This document shows, piece by piece, positions 7,585-17,136 of a DNA stretch of 22,798 bases. The DNA comes from a bacterium (GTDB lineage Bacteria; Babelota; Babeliae; Babelales; JABCYS01), in assembly GCA_027452085.1 (NCBI GenBank), contig DAIDHG010000012.1, forward strand, positions 1-22,798, given 5' to 3'. Below the pieces are notes generated by a model. The model was not told where the DNA came from. It made no database searches and saw only the letters and a program-made list of their open reading frames with translations. Each line of letters opens with the position of its first letter. Positions within the stretch are counted from its first letter, which is position 1. The translations under genes were made by a program, and so were the position numbers.

Positions 7585-8685
7585 GTGAGACTAGGCGACG
7601 TTATAGAAGAACTTGTAGAGGAGCGTGGGCTCGATAGATCGGTCCTCAGTACCATTATTTGCGAGGGCATTCAAACTGCCTATCAAAAACGCTACCCAGA
7701 TTTACCCATTACCGTTACCTACGACAAAAAAACTGACGAAATTCATGTTCTTGTCGAAAAAGAGGTCGTGCAAAATGTTGATGACGAAGAGCTGCAAATC
7801 AGCCTGCGCAAAGCACGCGGCATCGATAAGAAATTAGACCTCGGTGATAAGGTAGGTGTTCCGTTTGAAGGCCCAATTGGCCGAATCGAAATTATTCGAG
7901 CTAAACAAGTTATCGCTTCCCGTATCCGCGAAATTGAAGCGGCCTCGGTGTATAACGAATTTAAAGATCGCCAAGGCGATATCGTTATTGGCACCGTTAA
8001 TAAATGCGAGCGCAATGGCGTTGATATCAAAATTCAAGATCAATCGGCCTTCTTGCCAAGCTCGCTTATGATCCCGGGCGACAAATGCATTGTTGGCATG
8101 CCAATCCGTTGCCTACTCAAGGAGGTATTGCTTGAGCCCCGCAATGAAAATCAGCTGATTCTTGATCGCGTTTCCCCTGAATTTGTGGCCAAGCTTTTTG
8201 AACTAGAAATTCCGGAAGTGTACGAAAAATTAGTAGAAATCAAGAGAATCGTGCGAATTCCAGGCTATAAGTCAAAAGTTGTGGTGGTGTCTAACGGTCA
8301 AAATATTGATCCGGTAGGTACCTGCGTAGGGGTGGGCGGTGTTCGCATTAAGCCTATTCTTAAAGAATTAAACAACGAAAAGATCGATATCATTTCGAGC
8401 CAAGAGTCGATGGATGATTTTGTGCGCGATGCTCTCAAGCCTGCAGTTGTTGCCCGCGTAGAAATTGCCGATGAGCGCACTGCCAATGTTTGGTTGGCTG
8501 AAGATCAACGATCTCTGGCTATAGGCCGCATGGGTCAAAACATTCAACTGGCTTCACAATTAACCGGCATGGACATCCGTCTGCATTCGCTGGATGTGCC
8601 GCAAGAAATCGAAGAATCATCATTTGAGGACGCGGATCACACGGATTCGCATACTGATGAGCAACATGACGAAAACGAGGGCTAA
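7585..8685 (+). CDS. nusA: Transcription termination/antitermination factor NusA
   Basis: GRIEIIRAKQVI, S1 domain, LFELEIPEV, KH motifs DPVGTCVGVGGVRI and AIGRMGQNIQLASQLTG. GTG start after AAGGGA. Confidence 0.97.
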   Translation: MRLGDVIEELVEERGLDRSVLSTIICEGIQTAYQKRYPDLPITVTYDKKTDEIHVLVEKEVVQNVDDEELQISLRKARGIDKKLDLGDKVGVPFEGPIGRIEIIRAKQVIASRIREIEAASVYNEFKDRQGDIVIGTVNKCERNGVDIKIQDQSAFLPSSLMIPGDKCIVGMPIRCLLKEVLLEPRNENQLILDRVSPEFVAKLFELEIPEVYEKLVEIKRIVRIPGYKSKVVVVSNGQNIDPVGTCVGVGGVRIKPILKELNNEKIDIISSQESMDDFVRDALKPAVVARVEIADERTANVWLAEDQRSLAIGRMGQNIQLASQLTGMDIRLHSLDVPQEIEESSFEDADHTDSHTDEQHDENEG

Positions 8686-8688
8686 AGT

Positions 8689-10836
8689 ATGCGCATATAC
8701 GAATACGCAAAACAACTAAAAATGCCAGCCAAGACCCTCATGGACCTCTTGGCCAAAGGTGGTTTTAAAGCCGCTACCCATTTTGTCGCCGTCACTCCCG
8801 AAATGCGTACGTATATCGAGAAAGAACTTTCAAAACCGGCTGATGCCCAGGTAAAGAAACCGGTAGTCAATGAGCCAAAGCTTGCAGCGCCTACACCTAT
8901 AGTTGCAAAACCCGTTGCTCCTATTTCAACCCCAAAACCAGCAGTAGCCCAAGCACCGCATGTGCAAAAAGTTGTTGCACCGCAGATAGAAAAAAAACCA
9001 TTCCATGCGCCGCGCCCGCCCTTTAAGTCTCCGCAAAGGCCAGTACCCGCGCCGCGTCAAATGAAACCACAGCATGTTATACACGAAGTTGCCCCTGTAA
9101 TGCCTACATCAATTGAATTACGCCCCATGACTCCTGACCAGTTGGCAGCCTATCTGCACAAATCGGTCAGCGAGATTATTTTGGGCTTCCTTAAAAAAGG
9201 GGTTATGGCAACGAAGAACCAAATGGTGCCAGCTCCAGCTGTTGCTGATCTTGCTCGATCATTTGGTCTTGAAGTAATTGCGCCGGCAGAAAAAACAGTT
9301 GCCCAGGCAGCGCCACCAACGCTTGGTGCTCAAAAGGAGCGCGCTGCGCTTGCTGAGCATGCCGTTGCACGCATGCCGATCATTGTGGTTATGGGCCATG
9401 TTTACCATGGCAAAACCACGCTCTTAGATTTTATTCGAAAAACACGAGTTGCCGCGCGAGAAAAAGGCGGTATCACCCAGCATCTTGGTGCCTATGAAGT
9501 GCCCACTGCTCATGGCGGATTGGTATTTTTAGATACCCCGGGCCATGAGGCATTTTCTAAAATTCGCCAGCGCGGTACACACGTTGCCGATATTGCAGTG
9601 CTTGTAGTTGCTGCTGATGATAGTGTTAAACCCCAAACGCTCGAAGCATTAAAAATTGCAAAAGCTGCCGAAATTCCCATCATCGTTGCCGTCAATAAAA
9701 TAGACAAGGTGGGCCCTGAGCGCATCGATGTGGTCAAGCGCGATCTTGCGCAATATGATCTTTTGGCTGAATCGTGGGGCGGCACCACCATATTTGTTCC
9801 GGTGTCTGCAAAAGTTGGTACTGGCGTTGATGAGTTGCTCGAAATCTTGGCACTACAATCCCAGATGATGGATCTTAAAGCTGATCCTTCACTGCCAGCA
9901 AATGGATTTGTCCTTGAATCAAAATTAGAAAAAGGGCGTGGAGCAGTTGCTACCGTGATTTGCCATGAAGGTACGCTCAAGGTTGGCGACTTCTTTGTGT
10001 GTGGTGAAACGCAGGGCAAAGTGACCGCAATGGTCAACTCACAAGGTGAACGTGTACTGAGCGCGCCGCCATCGGTGCCGGTACAGGTTGCCGGCTTTGA
10101 TGATATGCCTGTGGTTGGCGACTCATTTAAAGCAGTAACCGAACACGCATTTAGACAAGCTCGCACGCATAAACCAGGCGAAGTTGTCGGTGAACGCAAA
10201 GCTGCTCCAGCCAAAGCGGTTCAGCCAGAAAATGCGATTAATGTAATTGTGAAAGCTGACAACCATTCTTCACTCGAAGCGGTTCTTGGTGCATTGCCAG
10301 GCCTGCCGGGCAAGGGCGAGATACCATTGCATGTCGTTAGTTCTGGCGTTGGTCCGGTGACTGAAGGTGATGTGATGCTCGCGGCAAACACAGGCGCACG
10401 CATCGTGACATTGCACGTAAAGGTTGAACCAAGTGCGTTGAGCCAAGCGCAACGTGAAAAAGTGGTTATTGAACAACACGATATTATTTACAAATTATTT
10501 GATGCGTTGAAAGATCTTATTAAAGGCGCCAAAGAGCCTGAGATCATCAAGCAGAAAATTGGCCAAGCTGAAGTGCGCAAAGTATTCCCGATTAAGGGCG
10601 TTGGTGTTATTGCCGGATGCTACATGCAAGATGGTCGTATCACAAGCCACAGCACTGTGGTAGTATGGCGCGGTCCTAAGAAAGTTGGTGAAGGCAAAAT
10701 TACTTCATTACAACGAGACAGAAAGTCGGTTAAAGAAGTACAAAAAGGCTTTGAATGCGCCTTTATGGTAGATAAATTTAACGACTGGGAAATTGGTGAT
10801 CGCGTTGAAGCATTCATCGAAACAAAGGCTGAATAG
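8689..10836 (+). CDS. infB: Translation initiation factor IF-2
   Basis: MRIYEYAKQL N-terminal domain, MGHVYHGKTT (G1), GGITQHLGAY, DTPGHEAF, NKID, C-terminal EVQKGFECA; directly follows nusA. Confidence 0.98.
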   Translation: MRIYEYAKQLKMPAKTLMDLLAKGGFKAATHFVAVTPEMRTYIEKELSKPADAQVKKPVVNEPKLAAPTPIVAKPVAPISTPKPAVAQAPHVQKVVAPQIEKKPFHAPRPPFKSPQRPVPAPRQMKPQHVIHEVAPVMPTSIELRPMTPDQLAAYLHKSVSEIILGFLKKGVMATKNQMVPAPAVADLARSFGLEVIAPAEKTVAQAAPPTLGAQKERAALAEHAVARMPIIVVMGHVYHGKTTLLDFIRKTRVAAREKGGITQHLGAYEVPTAHGGLVFLDTPGHEAFSKIRQRGTHVADIAVLVVAADDSVKPQTLEALKIAKAAEIPIIVAVNKIDKVGPERIDVVKRDLAQYDLLAESWGGTTIFVPVSAKVGTGVDELLEILALQSQMMDLKADPSLPANGFVLESKLEKGRGAVATVICHEGTLKVGDFFVCGETQGKVTAMVNSQGERVLSAPPSVPVQVAGFDDMPVVGDSFKAVTEHAFRQARTHKPGEVVGERKAAPAKAVQPENAINVIVKADNHSSLEAVLGALPGLPGKGEIPLHVVSSGVGPVTEGDVMLAANTGARIVTLHVKVEPSALSQAQREKVVIEQHDIIYKLFDALKDLIKGAKEPEIIKQKIGQAEVRKVFPIKGVGVIAGCYMQDGRITSHSTVVVWRGPKKVGEGKITSLQRDRKSVKEVQKGFECAFMVDKFNDWEIGDRVEAFIETKAE

Positions 10837-10869
10837 CCTAGAAATTGAATGTGGCCCTGCTCTTGCTGG

Positions 10870-10887
10870 CCCTGGCGAAATCCAGGG
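10870..10887 (+). other. GC-rich hairpin between infB and the WecA-like gene
   Basis: CCCTGG-CGAAAT-CCAGGG with no clear U-tract, so possibly an mRNA stability or pause element. Confidence 0.3.
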
Positions 10888-10937
10888 GCTTAAATCGGGG
10901 TTACCGGTAGAGTAGGTTGTAGAGTAAAGAGTGTTTA

Positions 10938-11969
10938 ATGATGATTCCGTTATTATTTGAGCTTGCAATTGCTGGAGCACTCTCTTTTTTAGTGTGCTTT
11001 ACGTTGGTGCCTTTGTTGTGCCGATTAGCGGTTAAGCTTGGAGTAGTGGATATTCCTGATGGAAAAATCAAAAAGCATGAAGCAATAACTCCCTATCTTG
11101 GCGGGGTGGCCGTCTATGGCGGATTTCTCGCTGGTCTTGCACTGGTCTTCCCGATCGAAAATAGTCTTTTCTTTTTAGTTGTTGGCTGTTCTTTATTGTT
11201 GCTGGTTGGTCTTTTTGACGATCTGGTAGCGCTTGCGCCCTGGCAAAAGTTCTTGGGGCAATTTATTGCCTCATTGTGTTTTTTAAAGGGCGGGTTGTTT
11301 ATGAAAGAGTCATTTTTTCATGAACATTGGGTAATTGCCGTGCCGATATCATTGCTCTGGATTTTAACGATTGTTAATGGCTTTAATCTCATTGATGTGA
11401 TGGATGGGTTGGCTACAACTACCGCATTGGGCTGCGCAGTGTCTTTCTTCACCATCGCTTTATTTCTTGGGCAAAGCAATGTTGCGCTCTTGATGATTTC
11501 ATTAATTGGGGCGTTGCTCGCATTCCTATGGTACAACAAGCCGAAAGCACAGATTTATCTTGGTGATGCCGGCGCATTATTTATTGGTGGTTTGCTTTCG
11601 GTGGTCCCATTTATCTTTTCATGGAGTCAGCACAATTCCATGGGCTTTATTACGCCTATAATTGTTTTAGCAATACCACTCGTTGAAGTGGCTACATTAA
11701 TTATTATTCGCACTTCAAAAGGAATTCCATTTTACAAGCCGAGCCCAGACCATTTTTGCATGTATTTGCGCAATAAGGGATGGTCGATTGCCCAGATTCT
11801 TTTGTTTGTAGTAGCGGCTTCATTAATACTGCTAACAGTCTCGTATGCATTTGTATTTAACTACATGGCGCTGCCGGGATTGATTGCTGCAATGGCAATT
11901 TTGCTTGGCTCATGGTATTTCATTGTTTTACATCAAAAAACCCCCAGCTCAATGAGCCAGGGGTTTTAA
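10938..11969 (+). CDS. Glycosyltransferase family 4 (WecA/TagO-like undecaprenyl-phosphate GlcNAc-1-phosphate transferase)
   Basis: Polytopic membrane protein with TPYLGG, GLFDD, NGFNLIDVMDGLA and IYLGDAGA motifs. Confidence 0.9.
   Translation: MMIPLLFELAIAGALSFLVCFTLVPLLCRLAVKLGVVDIPDGKIKKHEAITPYLGGVAVYGGFLAGLALVFPIENSLFFLVVGCSLLLLVGLFDDLVALAPWQKFLGQFIASLCFLKGGLFMKESFFHEHWVIAVPISLLWILTIVNGFNLIDVMDGLATTTALGCAVSFFTIALFLGQSNVALLMISLIGALLAFLWYNKPKAQIYLGDAGALFIGGLLSVVPFIFSWSQHNSMGFITPIIVLAIPLVEVATLIIIRTSKGIPFYKPSPDHFCMYLRNKGWSIAQILLFVVAASLILLTVSYAFVFNYMALPGLIAAMAILLGSWYFIVLHQKTPSSMSQGF
11935..11963 (-). terminator. Intrinsic terminator for nfo lying inside the 3' end of the convergent WecA-like CDS
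   Basis: Minus strand reads CCCCTGGCTC-ATT-GAGCTGGGGG-TTTTTT: a 10-bp stem with two G:U pairs plus U6. Confidence 0.75.
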
Positions 11970-12033
11970 ATTGATAGTTTATAGTGGGTGTTAGTAGCCA
12001 AATTTCTTGGCCCATTTCGCCATTTCAATAAAT

Positions 12034-12897
12034 CTATTCGATCAGTTTTCGAATGGTTTCCATATTGCGTGCATAGTCTTTCATCACGTCATCGCTCGTT
12101 TCAGGAGTTTCTAGGATTTTTGGAATATCAGCCAATCGGGGGTCGGTAAACAGCTCTTTAAATGGCGGCAAGCCAAGCTCTCCTTTCCCAACATCTTCGT
12201 GACGATCAACATGTGATCCAAGCCCTTTTTTGCTGTCATTGATATGAATAGCATGCAGGCGATCAAGGCCAACAATAGCATCAAATTCATGCATGACTTT
12301 GTGGTAATGATTTTTAATATCATACCCAGCTGCAAAGATATGACAGGTATCAATGCAGACACCGATTCTACGTTTATGATGTGATTCTTGTATTACAGCT
12401 GCAATCTGCTCAAAAGTTGAGCACATACTGCTGCCTTGCCCGGCCATTGTTTCTAATAAAATCTTGGTTGATCCGCCAACTGCTTCCAGTGAACTATCGA
12501 TAGCTTGAGCGATGAGCTTTACCGAATCAGCCTCTTCAGTGCCAACGCGAGCACCGGGATGCAATACTAGCAGAGGAATATCTAATTGCTCGCAACGACT
12601 GACCTCCTCTTTTAACGCATGGATAGATTTTGTGCGAGTTTCGTGGTTGGCTGTTGCGATGTTAATAAGGTATGCGGCATGTACCACAATATTTTTTTTA
12701 TCGATCAGCTTTGACTCTTTTACCGCTTGCTTAAAAAGCTTAATTTCTTCTTCTTTGAGCGGCGCTGCATGCCATTGACGATTGCTTTTAGTAAAGATTT
12801 GCAGCGCTGTACAGCCGATCGATTCTGCGCGAGCGATTGCATTATGCACACCACCAGCCACGGACATGTGTGCTCCGAGCAACAACTTTTTTTTCAT
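12034..12897 (-). CDS. nfo: Endonuclease IV (AP endonuclease family 2)
   Basis: LGAHMS, HAAYLIN, LHPG, LETMAGQG, CIDTCHIFAAGY, HINDSK, DRHE and ILETP motifs. ATG 12897 has AAGGA upstream. Confidence 0.97.
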   Translation of the reverse strand: MKKKLLLGAHMSVAGGVHNAIARAESIGCTALQIFTKSNRQWHAAPLKEEEIKLFKQAVKESKLIDKKNIVVHAAYLINIATANHETRTKSIHALKEEVSRCEQLDIPLLVLHPGARVGTEEADSVKLIAQAIDSSLEAVGGSTKILLETMAGQGSSMCSTFEQIAAVIQESHHKRRIGVCIDTCHIFAAGYDIKNHYHKVMHEFDAIVGLDRLHAIHINDSKKGLGSHVDRHEDVGKGELGLPPFKELFTDPRLADIPKILETPETSDDVMKDYARNMETIRKLIE

Positions 12898-12917
12898 GAT
12901 TTCCTTACACAAAACAG

Positions 12918-12950
12918 TTGACCAAATTGCATACTCTCGCTATTGTAGCA
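12918..12950. promoter_or_regulatory. Overlapping divergent promoters (OMP-aspS-eno on +, nfo on -)
   Basis: Plus strand: TTGACC (12918-12923), 17 bp, TATTGT (12941-12946). Minus strand: extended -10 TGcTACAAT (12950-12942). Confidence 0.55.
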
Positions 12951-13017
12951 CGCGCTTTATCTTAATTAAGCAAATGCCTCTAAGAGTAACTCAAAAAATT
13001 ATCGAAACGTACCCCAC

Positions 13018-15333
13018 ATGAACACACGAACACGTGCCCATATATTTTTCATTTTTCTTTTCGCTGCGGTAATCAATGCTACAGTGGCTGCACCCAACAA
13101 ATTGCAACCCGTTCCATCCCCGGCATACGATGTTGATGCTCCCGATGAGCAAGATTTTATGTTTTTGGCGGAAAATGAACTGAATCCGGCTGAACTGCCC
13201 GACACTCAGGACGAAGATGTTATCCAGAATGGCAAAAAAAGTCCGGTAAAAAAGATTAAAAAAGGAGCAATGCCTGCCCAAGGTGTTGAGTATGTTGAAA
13301 CGGAGCATGCAGACGGTTGCACGTATGAAGCACCGCTTGAATATGCTTTTGCGACTGAAGAAGTAGTTGAGGCTGCTGAAGAGGGTGATTGTACGCCAAA
13401 TATTATCAATGCTCCTCGTGCGTTTCAACGAGATTTGCCCAACGAGCGCGTAACGCCATTTATTGAGCACGATAAGATTGAAGATATTTCCGGCCCTGTC
13501 ATTCCACCAGTATTTTTGCTCAAAAAGAAGTGTGGCGAATTTAGCATTACCGGTCGCTATCGCCCAGAAACCTTCTATCAAAAAAATAACTCATTCCTCA
13601 ACGATTGCTTTGAAAATGACCGATTGCTTTACATTCGTCACACCTTTGACATCACATTTAACGTAGCAGCAGGGGATGAATGCACCGGGCCAAAAGCAGT
13701 TGAATTCAAAACGACTATTCGAAACAAAGGGAACTGGGGAAGCAGAAAAATCGTTAACACAACAGAAACTACCCTCAATCTTGGCGGCGCGAATTTCGGC
13801 ACTCACACGCACGATCTTGGGCGCCACGTGTTGTGGATTCGTGAAGGATGGCTCAAAACACAACTTAATGCTGCATTTGGTTGGGATCAGCGCTACCCGC
13901 AACACATGATCGTTGGCTACTACCCATTCAAGATTGGTCAGGGTATTGCGCTTGGTGATGCCTATGCACTAAACGGCCAATTAGTTGGTTTCTTTAGTGA
14001 TAACGCGATTGATCAGTATGCTCCAGGGGTGCTCTTTACCGGTGATCTTAAGAAAGATCGTATCGCCTATGACCTCTACTTTGCTTTACTGCGCAATCAT
14101 GCTGCTGATTTTGGCACAATTATGGAGCCAATCTATGCGCAACGTTTTGAACATCGCAATAATCCAACTCGTGGCTTTGGCCACTGGAACTGGTTGCTTG
14201 CCTTTCGCTCGCAGTTGGTGCCATTGCGCGATGAGCGTTGGGGTACTTTGCAATTAGAGCCCTATATTTTATACAACGATGACCCTGAACAAAAAATTGA
14301 ATTTACTGGCGATGCAGAAAGTAAATTTGGTACCGGTGGCTTTGCCATTGATTACAATCGTGGCGGCTTCGAATTTAGTTTTGAATTTGCAAAAAACTTC
14401 GGCCATCAAAAAGTATTTGGCTGGGATCGCAACGTATTGCAAATAGTTCCTGATGCAAATGCCAATCTGCAAGTAGTAAATAGCAACGTAACGCAAAATG
14501 GTTCGCTCGCGCCAGCCACAAAATCAAACCAAACAGTGATTAATACCTCCCCGCAAGGTATGCAATATAATTATCAAGAAATTGATGATTCAGGATTATT
14601 TAATACTAATCGTTTTGACGATCCATATTGCACTCGTTTTACCGGTTGGATGTTGGTAACCAATATGGCCTATTGGTGGATGAATAAACAATATGGTATT
14701 GCATTTGAAACCGGCGTCGCTTCAGGCGATGAGGCGCCTAATATTCTCAGTTCAACCGATCCCAAAGCTCCATTGCCGGATGGCAATTATCAAGGCTTTA
14801 TTGGTCTACAAGAAATCTTTAGCGGTGATTTGGTTGAAAGTGCCTACTTCTTAGGCCAGCGCCGCCTGGTGCGACCGGTCTCTTTGGTTGATGATACACT
14901 AGAAAATTCCATCGTGCCTGCTCGTGTCAGCGAATTTACCAACCTGATTTATTTCGGCACCGCTGGGCATATACGACCAAAAGTTCGTTGTAAGCCATAC
15001 ATTCGCCCAAATATTTTGTGGTATTGGCAATATTCCCCAACACGTGCATTCGATTGCAAGACAAAGCAAGTATTGCCGAGCAATGCAAGCAACTTCTATG
15101 GCACAGAACTTAACTTGTTTGTTGATGTATTCCCCTATGACTGGTTAAAGTTCTTCACCGTGGCTGCTCTCTTTGTTCCTGGTGCTCACTATAAAGAGCT
15201 ACAGGGGTTGCCGGTAACGAAAGAAGCAATTAAGAATCTCGTGCGAAATCCGAGCGAAACGATCAATAGTGCTCCTACGCTTGGATCATCGCTTGCCTAT
15301 TTTATAAACATCGGCTTGGAGTTTAAGTTCTAA
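13018..15333 (+). CDS. Putative outer-membrane beta-barrel protein, family uncertain
   Basis: Signal peptide (IFFIFLFAAVINATVA), acidic N-terminal region, many aromatic/Gly-rich amphipathic strands, C-terminal YFINIGLEFKF matching the BAM beta-signal. Confidence 0.7.
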   Translation: MNTRTRAHIFFIFLFAAVINATVAAPNKLQPVPSPAYDVDAPDEQDFMFLAENELNPAELPDTQDEDVIQNGKKSPVKKIKKGAMPAQGVEYVETEHADGCTYEAPLEYAFATEEVVEAAEEGDCTPNIINAPRAFQRDLPNERVTPFIEHDKIEDISGPVIPPVFLLKKKCGEFSITGRYRPETFYQKNNSFLNDCFENDRLLYIRHTFDITFNVAAGDECTGPKAVEFKTTIRNKGNWGSRKIVNTTETTLNLGGANFGTHTHDLGRHVLWIREGWLKTQLNAAFGWDQRYPQHMIVGYYPFKIGQGIALGDAYALNGQLVGFFSDNAIDQYAPGVLFTGDLKKDRIAYDLYFALLRNHAADFGTIMEPIYAQRFEHRNNPTRGFGHWNWLLAFRSQLVPLRDERWGTLQLEPYILYNDDPEQKIEFTGDAESKFGTGGFAIDYNRGGFEFSFEFAKNFGHQKVFGWDRNVLQIVPDANANLQVVNSNVTQNGSLAPATKSNQTVINTSPQGMQYNYQEIDDSGLFNTNRFDDPYCTRFTGWMLVTNMAYWWMNKQYGIAFETGVASGDEAPNILSSTDPKAPLPDGNYQGFIGLQEIFSGDLVESAYFLGQRRLVRPVSLVDDTLENSIVPARVSEFTNLIYFGTAGHIRPKVRCKPYIRPNILWYWQYSPTRAFDCKTKQVLPSNASNFYGTELNLFVDVFPYDWLKFFTVAALFVPGAHYKELQGLPVTKEAIKNLVRNPSETINSAPTLGSSLAYFINIGLEFKF

Positions 15334-17111
15334 TGACTGCAAACCAACGTTCATTTCAACGTACAACCGGTTGCGGCCAAGTAACTGGTTCACAAGTAAA
15401 CACAACGATTCATCTAGCCGGCTGGGTGCATCGACGTCGAGATCATGGCGGGTTGATCTTTATTGATCTTCGAGATCGCACCGGTATGATGCAATTAGTC
15501 TTTAATCCTTCGATTAATGAACAGTTGCACGAACAAGCGCAACATTTGCGCAATGAATTTGTAATTTCAGTCTCTGGCCAGGTAGTGGCACGTCCACCCG
15601 CTACGGTTAATGATCAACTGCCCACGGGAAACTGGGAGCTGATTGTTGAGAATTTAACCATTCTTAACCGCGCTAAGGCATTACCATTCTCGCTTGATGA
15701 AGGCGAGGGGGTGGATGAAGAGTTGCGCCTGAAATATCGTTATCTTGATTTGCGTCGTTTAGATATGCAGGAAAAATTAAAACTGCGCAATAATATTACC
15801 TTTGCTATGCGCGAGTTTTTCCAAACAGAAGGTTTCTATGAAATTGAAACCCCTATCCTGACCAAAAATACGGCTGAAGGCGCGCGTGAATTTATCGTGC
15901 CATCTCGCTTGCACCAGGGTTGGGTATATTCTCTGCCCCAATCGCCACAGCTATATAAACAAATTCTCATGGCTGCAGGCATGGAAAAATATTTCCAAAT
16001 TGCTCGCTGTTTCCGCGATGAAGATCTTCGTGCTGACCGCCAGCCTGAATTTACGCAGCTGGACATTGAAATGTCATTTATCGATGAAAAGGACATTCAA
16101 TATATTATCGAAAAGCTGCTAGCTCATATTTGGAAAAAAATCTTTAACAAAGAGTTGGCCATCCCATTCCCCCGCATGGCCTATGATGATGCAATGCATC
16201 TCTATGGTTCAGACAAACCTGATCAGCGTTTTGGCATGCACATACATGATCTTTCAGCTGTTTTTGCCGACACGCAACTTAAATTTTTGCGTCAAACCTT
16301 GGATACCAATGGCAAAATTGGTGCTCTGGTGGTGCCCAATAAACAATTTACCCGCTCAGAGCTTGATTCTTGGGTAGCTAAGGCGCAACAACTCGGTGCC
16401 CAAGGGCTTCTTTGGTTTAGGTTTGATGAAGCGGGCAATTGTGAAAGTCCAGTTGCGAAATTTCTGCCGGCAGATTTTTTTGATCGGGTGCGTTCGGTTG
16501 TACCAAGTTTGAGCAAGCACGACACGATTTTTGTCATTGCCGGTGAATATGAAACGGCATGGACCCTGCTCGGTCGCATGCGTTTAGAATTTGGCAAAGC
16601 ATTAGATTTAATTCCTCAAGATATACTTCACTTTTGCTGGATTGTTGACTTTCCGTTGCTGGAATACAGCCCCGATGATAAGCGGTATGTGAGCAAGCAT
16701 CATCCATTCACCTCGCCAAAGGGTGAATGGCAAACGCAGGATCCGAAAGATATCAAAGCACGCGCCTATGACATTGTGCTGAATGGTATTGAACTTGGTG
16801 GTGGATCAATACGTATTCACGATCATAACGTCCAGATGGAAGCATTTAAATTGCTTGGCCTATCAGCTGATGAAATGGCTAGCCATTTTGGTTTCTTGTT
16901 AGAGGCGCAGGAGTTAGGTTTTCCGCCTCATGGTGGCATAGCTCTTGGCTTGGACCGGTTTGTCATGTTATTAACTAAGAGTGAGTCGATTCGTGATGTT
17001 ATTGCATTCCCAAAAACCTCTAAAGGGTTTGATTTAATGATGAATGCACCGTCGCCAATTGACCCGAAAAAATTACGTGATTATGGCTTGCAAATAAAGC
17101 CAAAAACCTAA
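15333..17111 (+). CDS. aspS: Aspartate--tRNA ligase, possibly non-discriminating
   Basis: GWVHRRRDHGG, LKYRYLDLRR, LPQSPQLYKQ, motif 2 CFRDEDLRADRQPEFTQLD, motif 3 PPHGGIALGLDR. Confidence 0.98.
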   Translation: MTANQRSFQRTTGCGQVTGSQVNTTIHLAGWVHRRRDHGGLIFIDLRDRTGMMQLVFNPSINEQLHEQAQHLRNEFVISVSGQVVARPPATVNDQLPTGNWELIVENLTILNRAKALPFSLDEGEGVDEELRLKYRYLDLRRLDMQEKLKLRNNITFAMREFFQTEGFYEIETPILTKNTAEGAREFIVPSRLHQGWVYSLPQSPQLYKQILMAAGMEKYFQIARCFRDEDLRADRQPEFTQLDIEMSFIDEKDIQYIIEKLLAHIWKKIFNKELAIPFPRMAYDDAMHLYGSDKPDQRFGMHIHDLSAVFADTQLKFLRQTLDTNGKIGALVVPNKQFTRSELDSWVAKAQQLGAQGLLWFRFDEAGNCESPVAKFLPADFFDRVRSVVPSLSKHDTIFVIAGEYETAWTLLGRMRLEFGKALDLIPQDILHFCWIVDFPLLEYSPDDKRYVSKHHPFTSPKGEWQTQDPKDIKARAYDIVLNGIELGGGSIRIHDHNVQMEAFKLLGLSADEMASHFGFLLEAQELGFPPHGGIALGLDRFVMLLTKSESIRDVIAFPKTSKGFDLMMNAPSPIDPKKLRDYGLQIKPKT

Positions 17112-17136
17112 AATTATCATTCCCTGAGAGTATGTA

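Noticed and set aside
8860..9110. Pro/Ala/Lys-rich stretch in infB as a repeat or insertion
   Set aside because: Variable low-complexity linkers are normal in IF2 N-terminal regions.
9510..10214. 234-aa antisense ORF
   Set aside because: It lies entirely opposite the conserved infB G-domain and is a typical codon-bias shadow.
12991..13581. 196-aa antisense ORF
   Set aside because: Opposite the beta-barrel gene, with no recognisable motifs or RBS.
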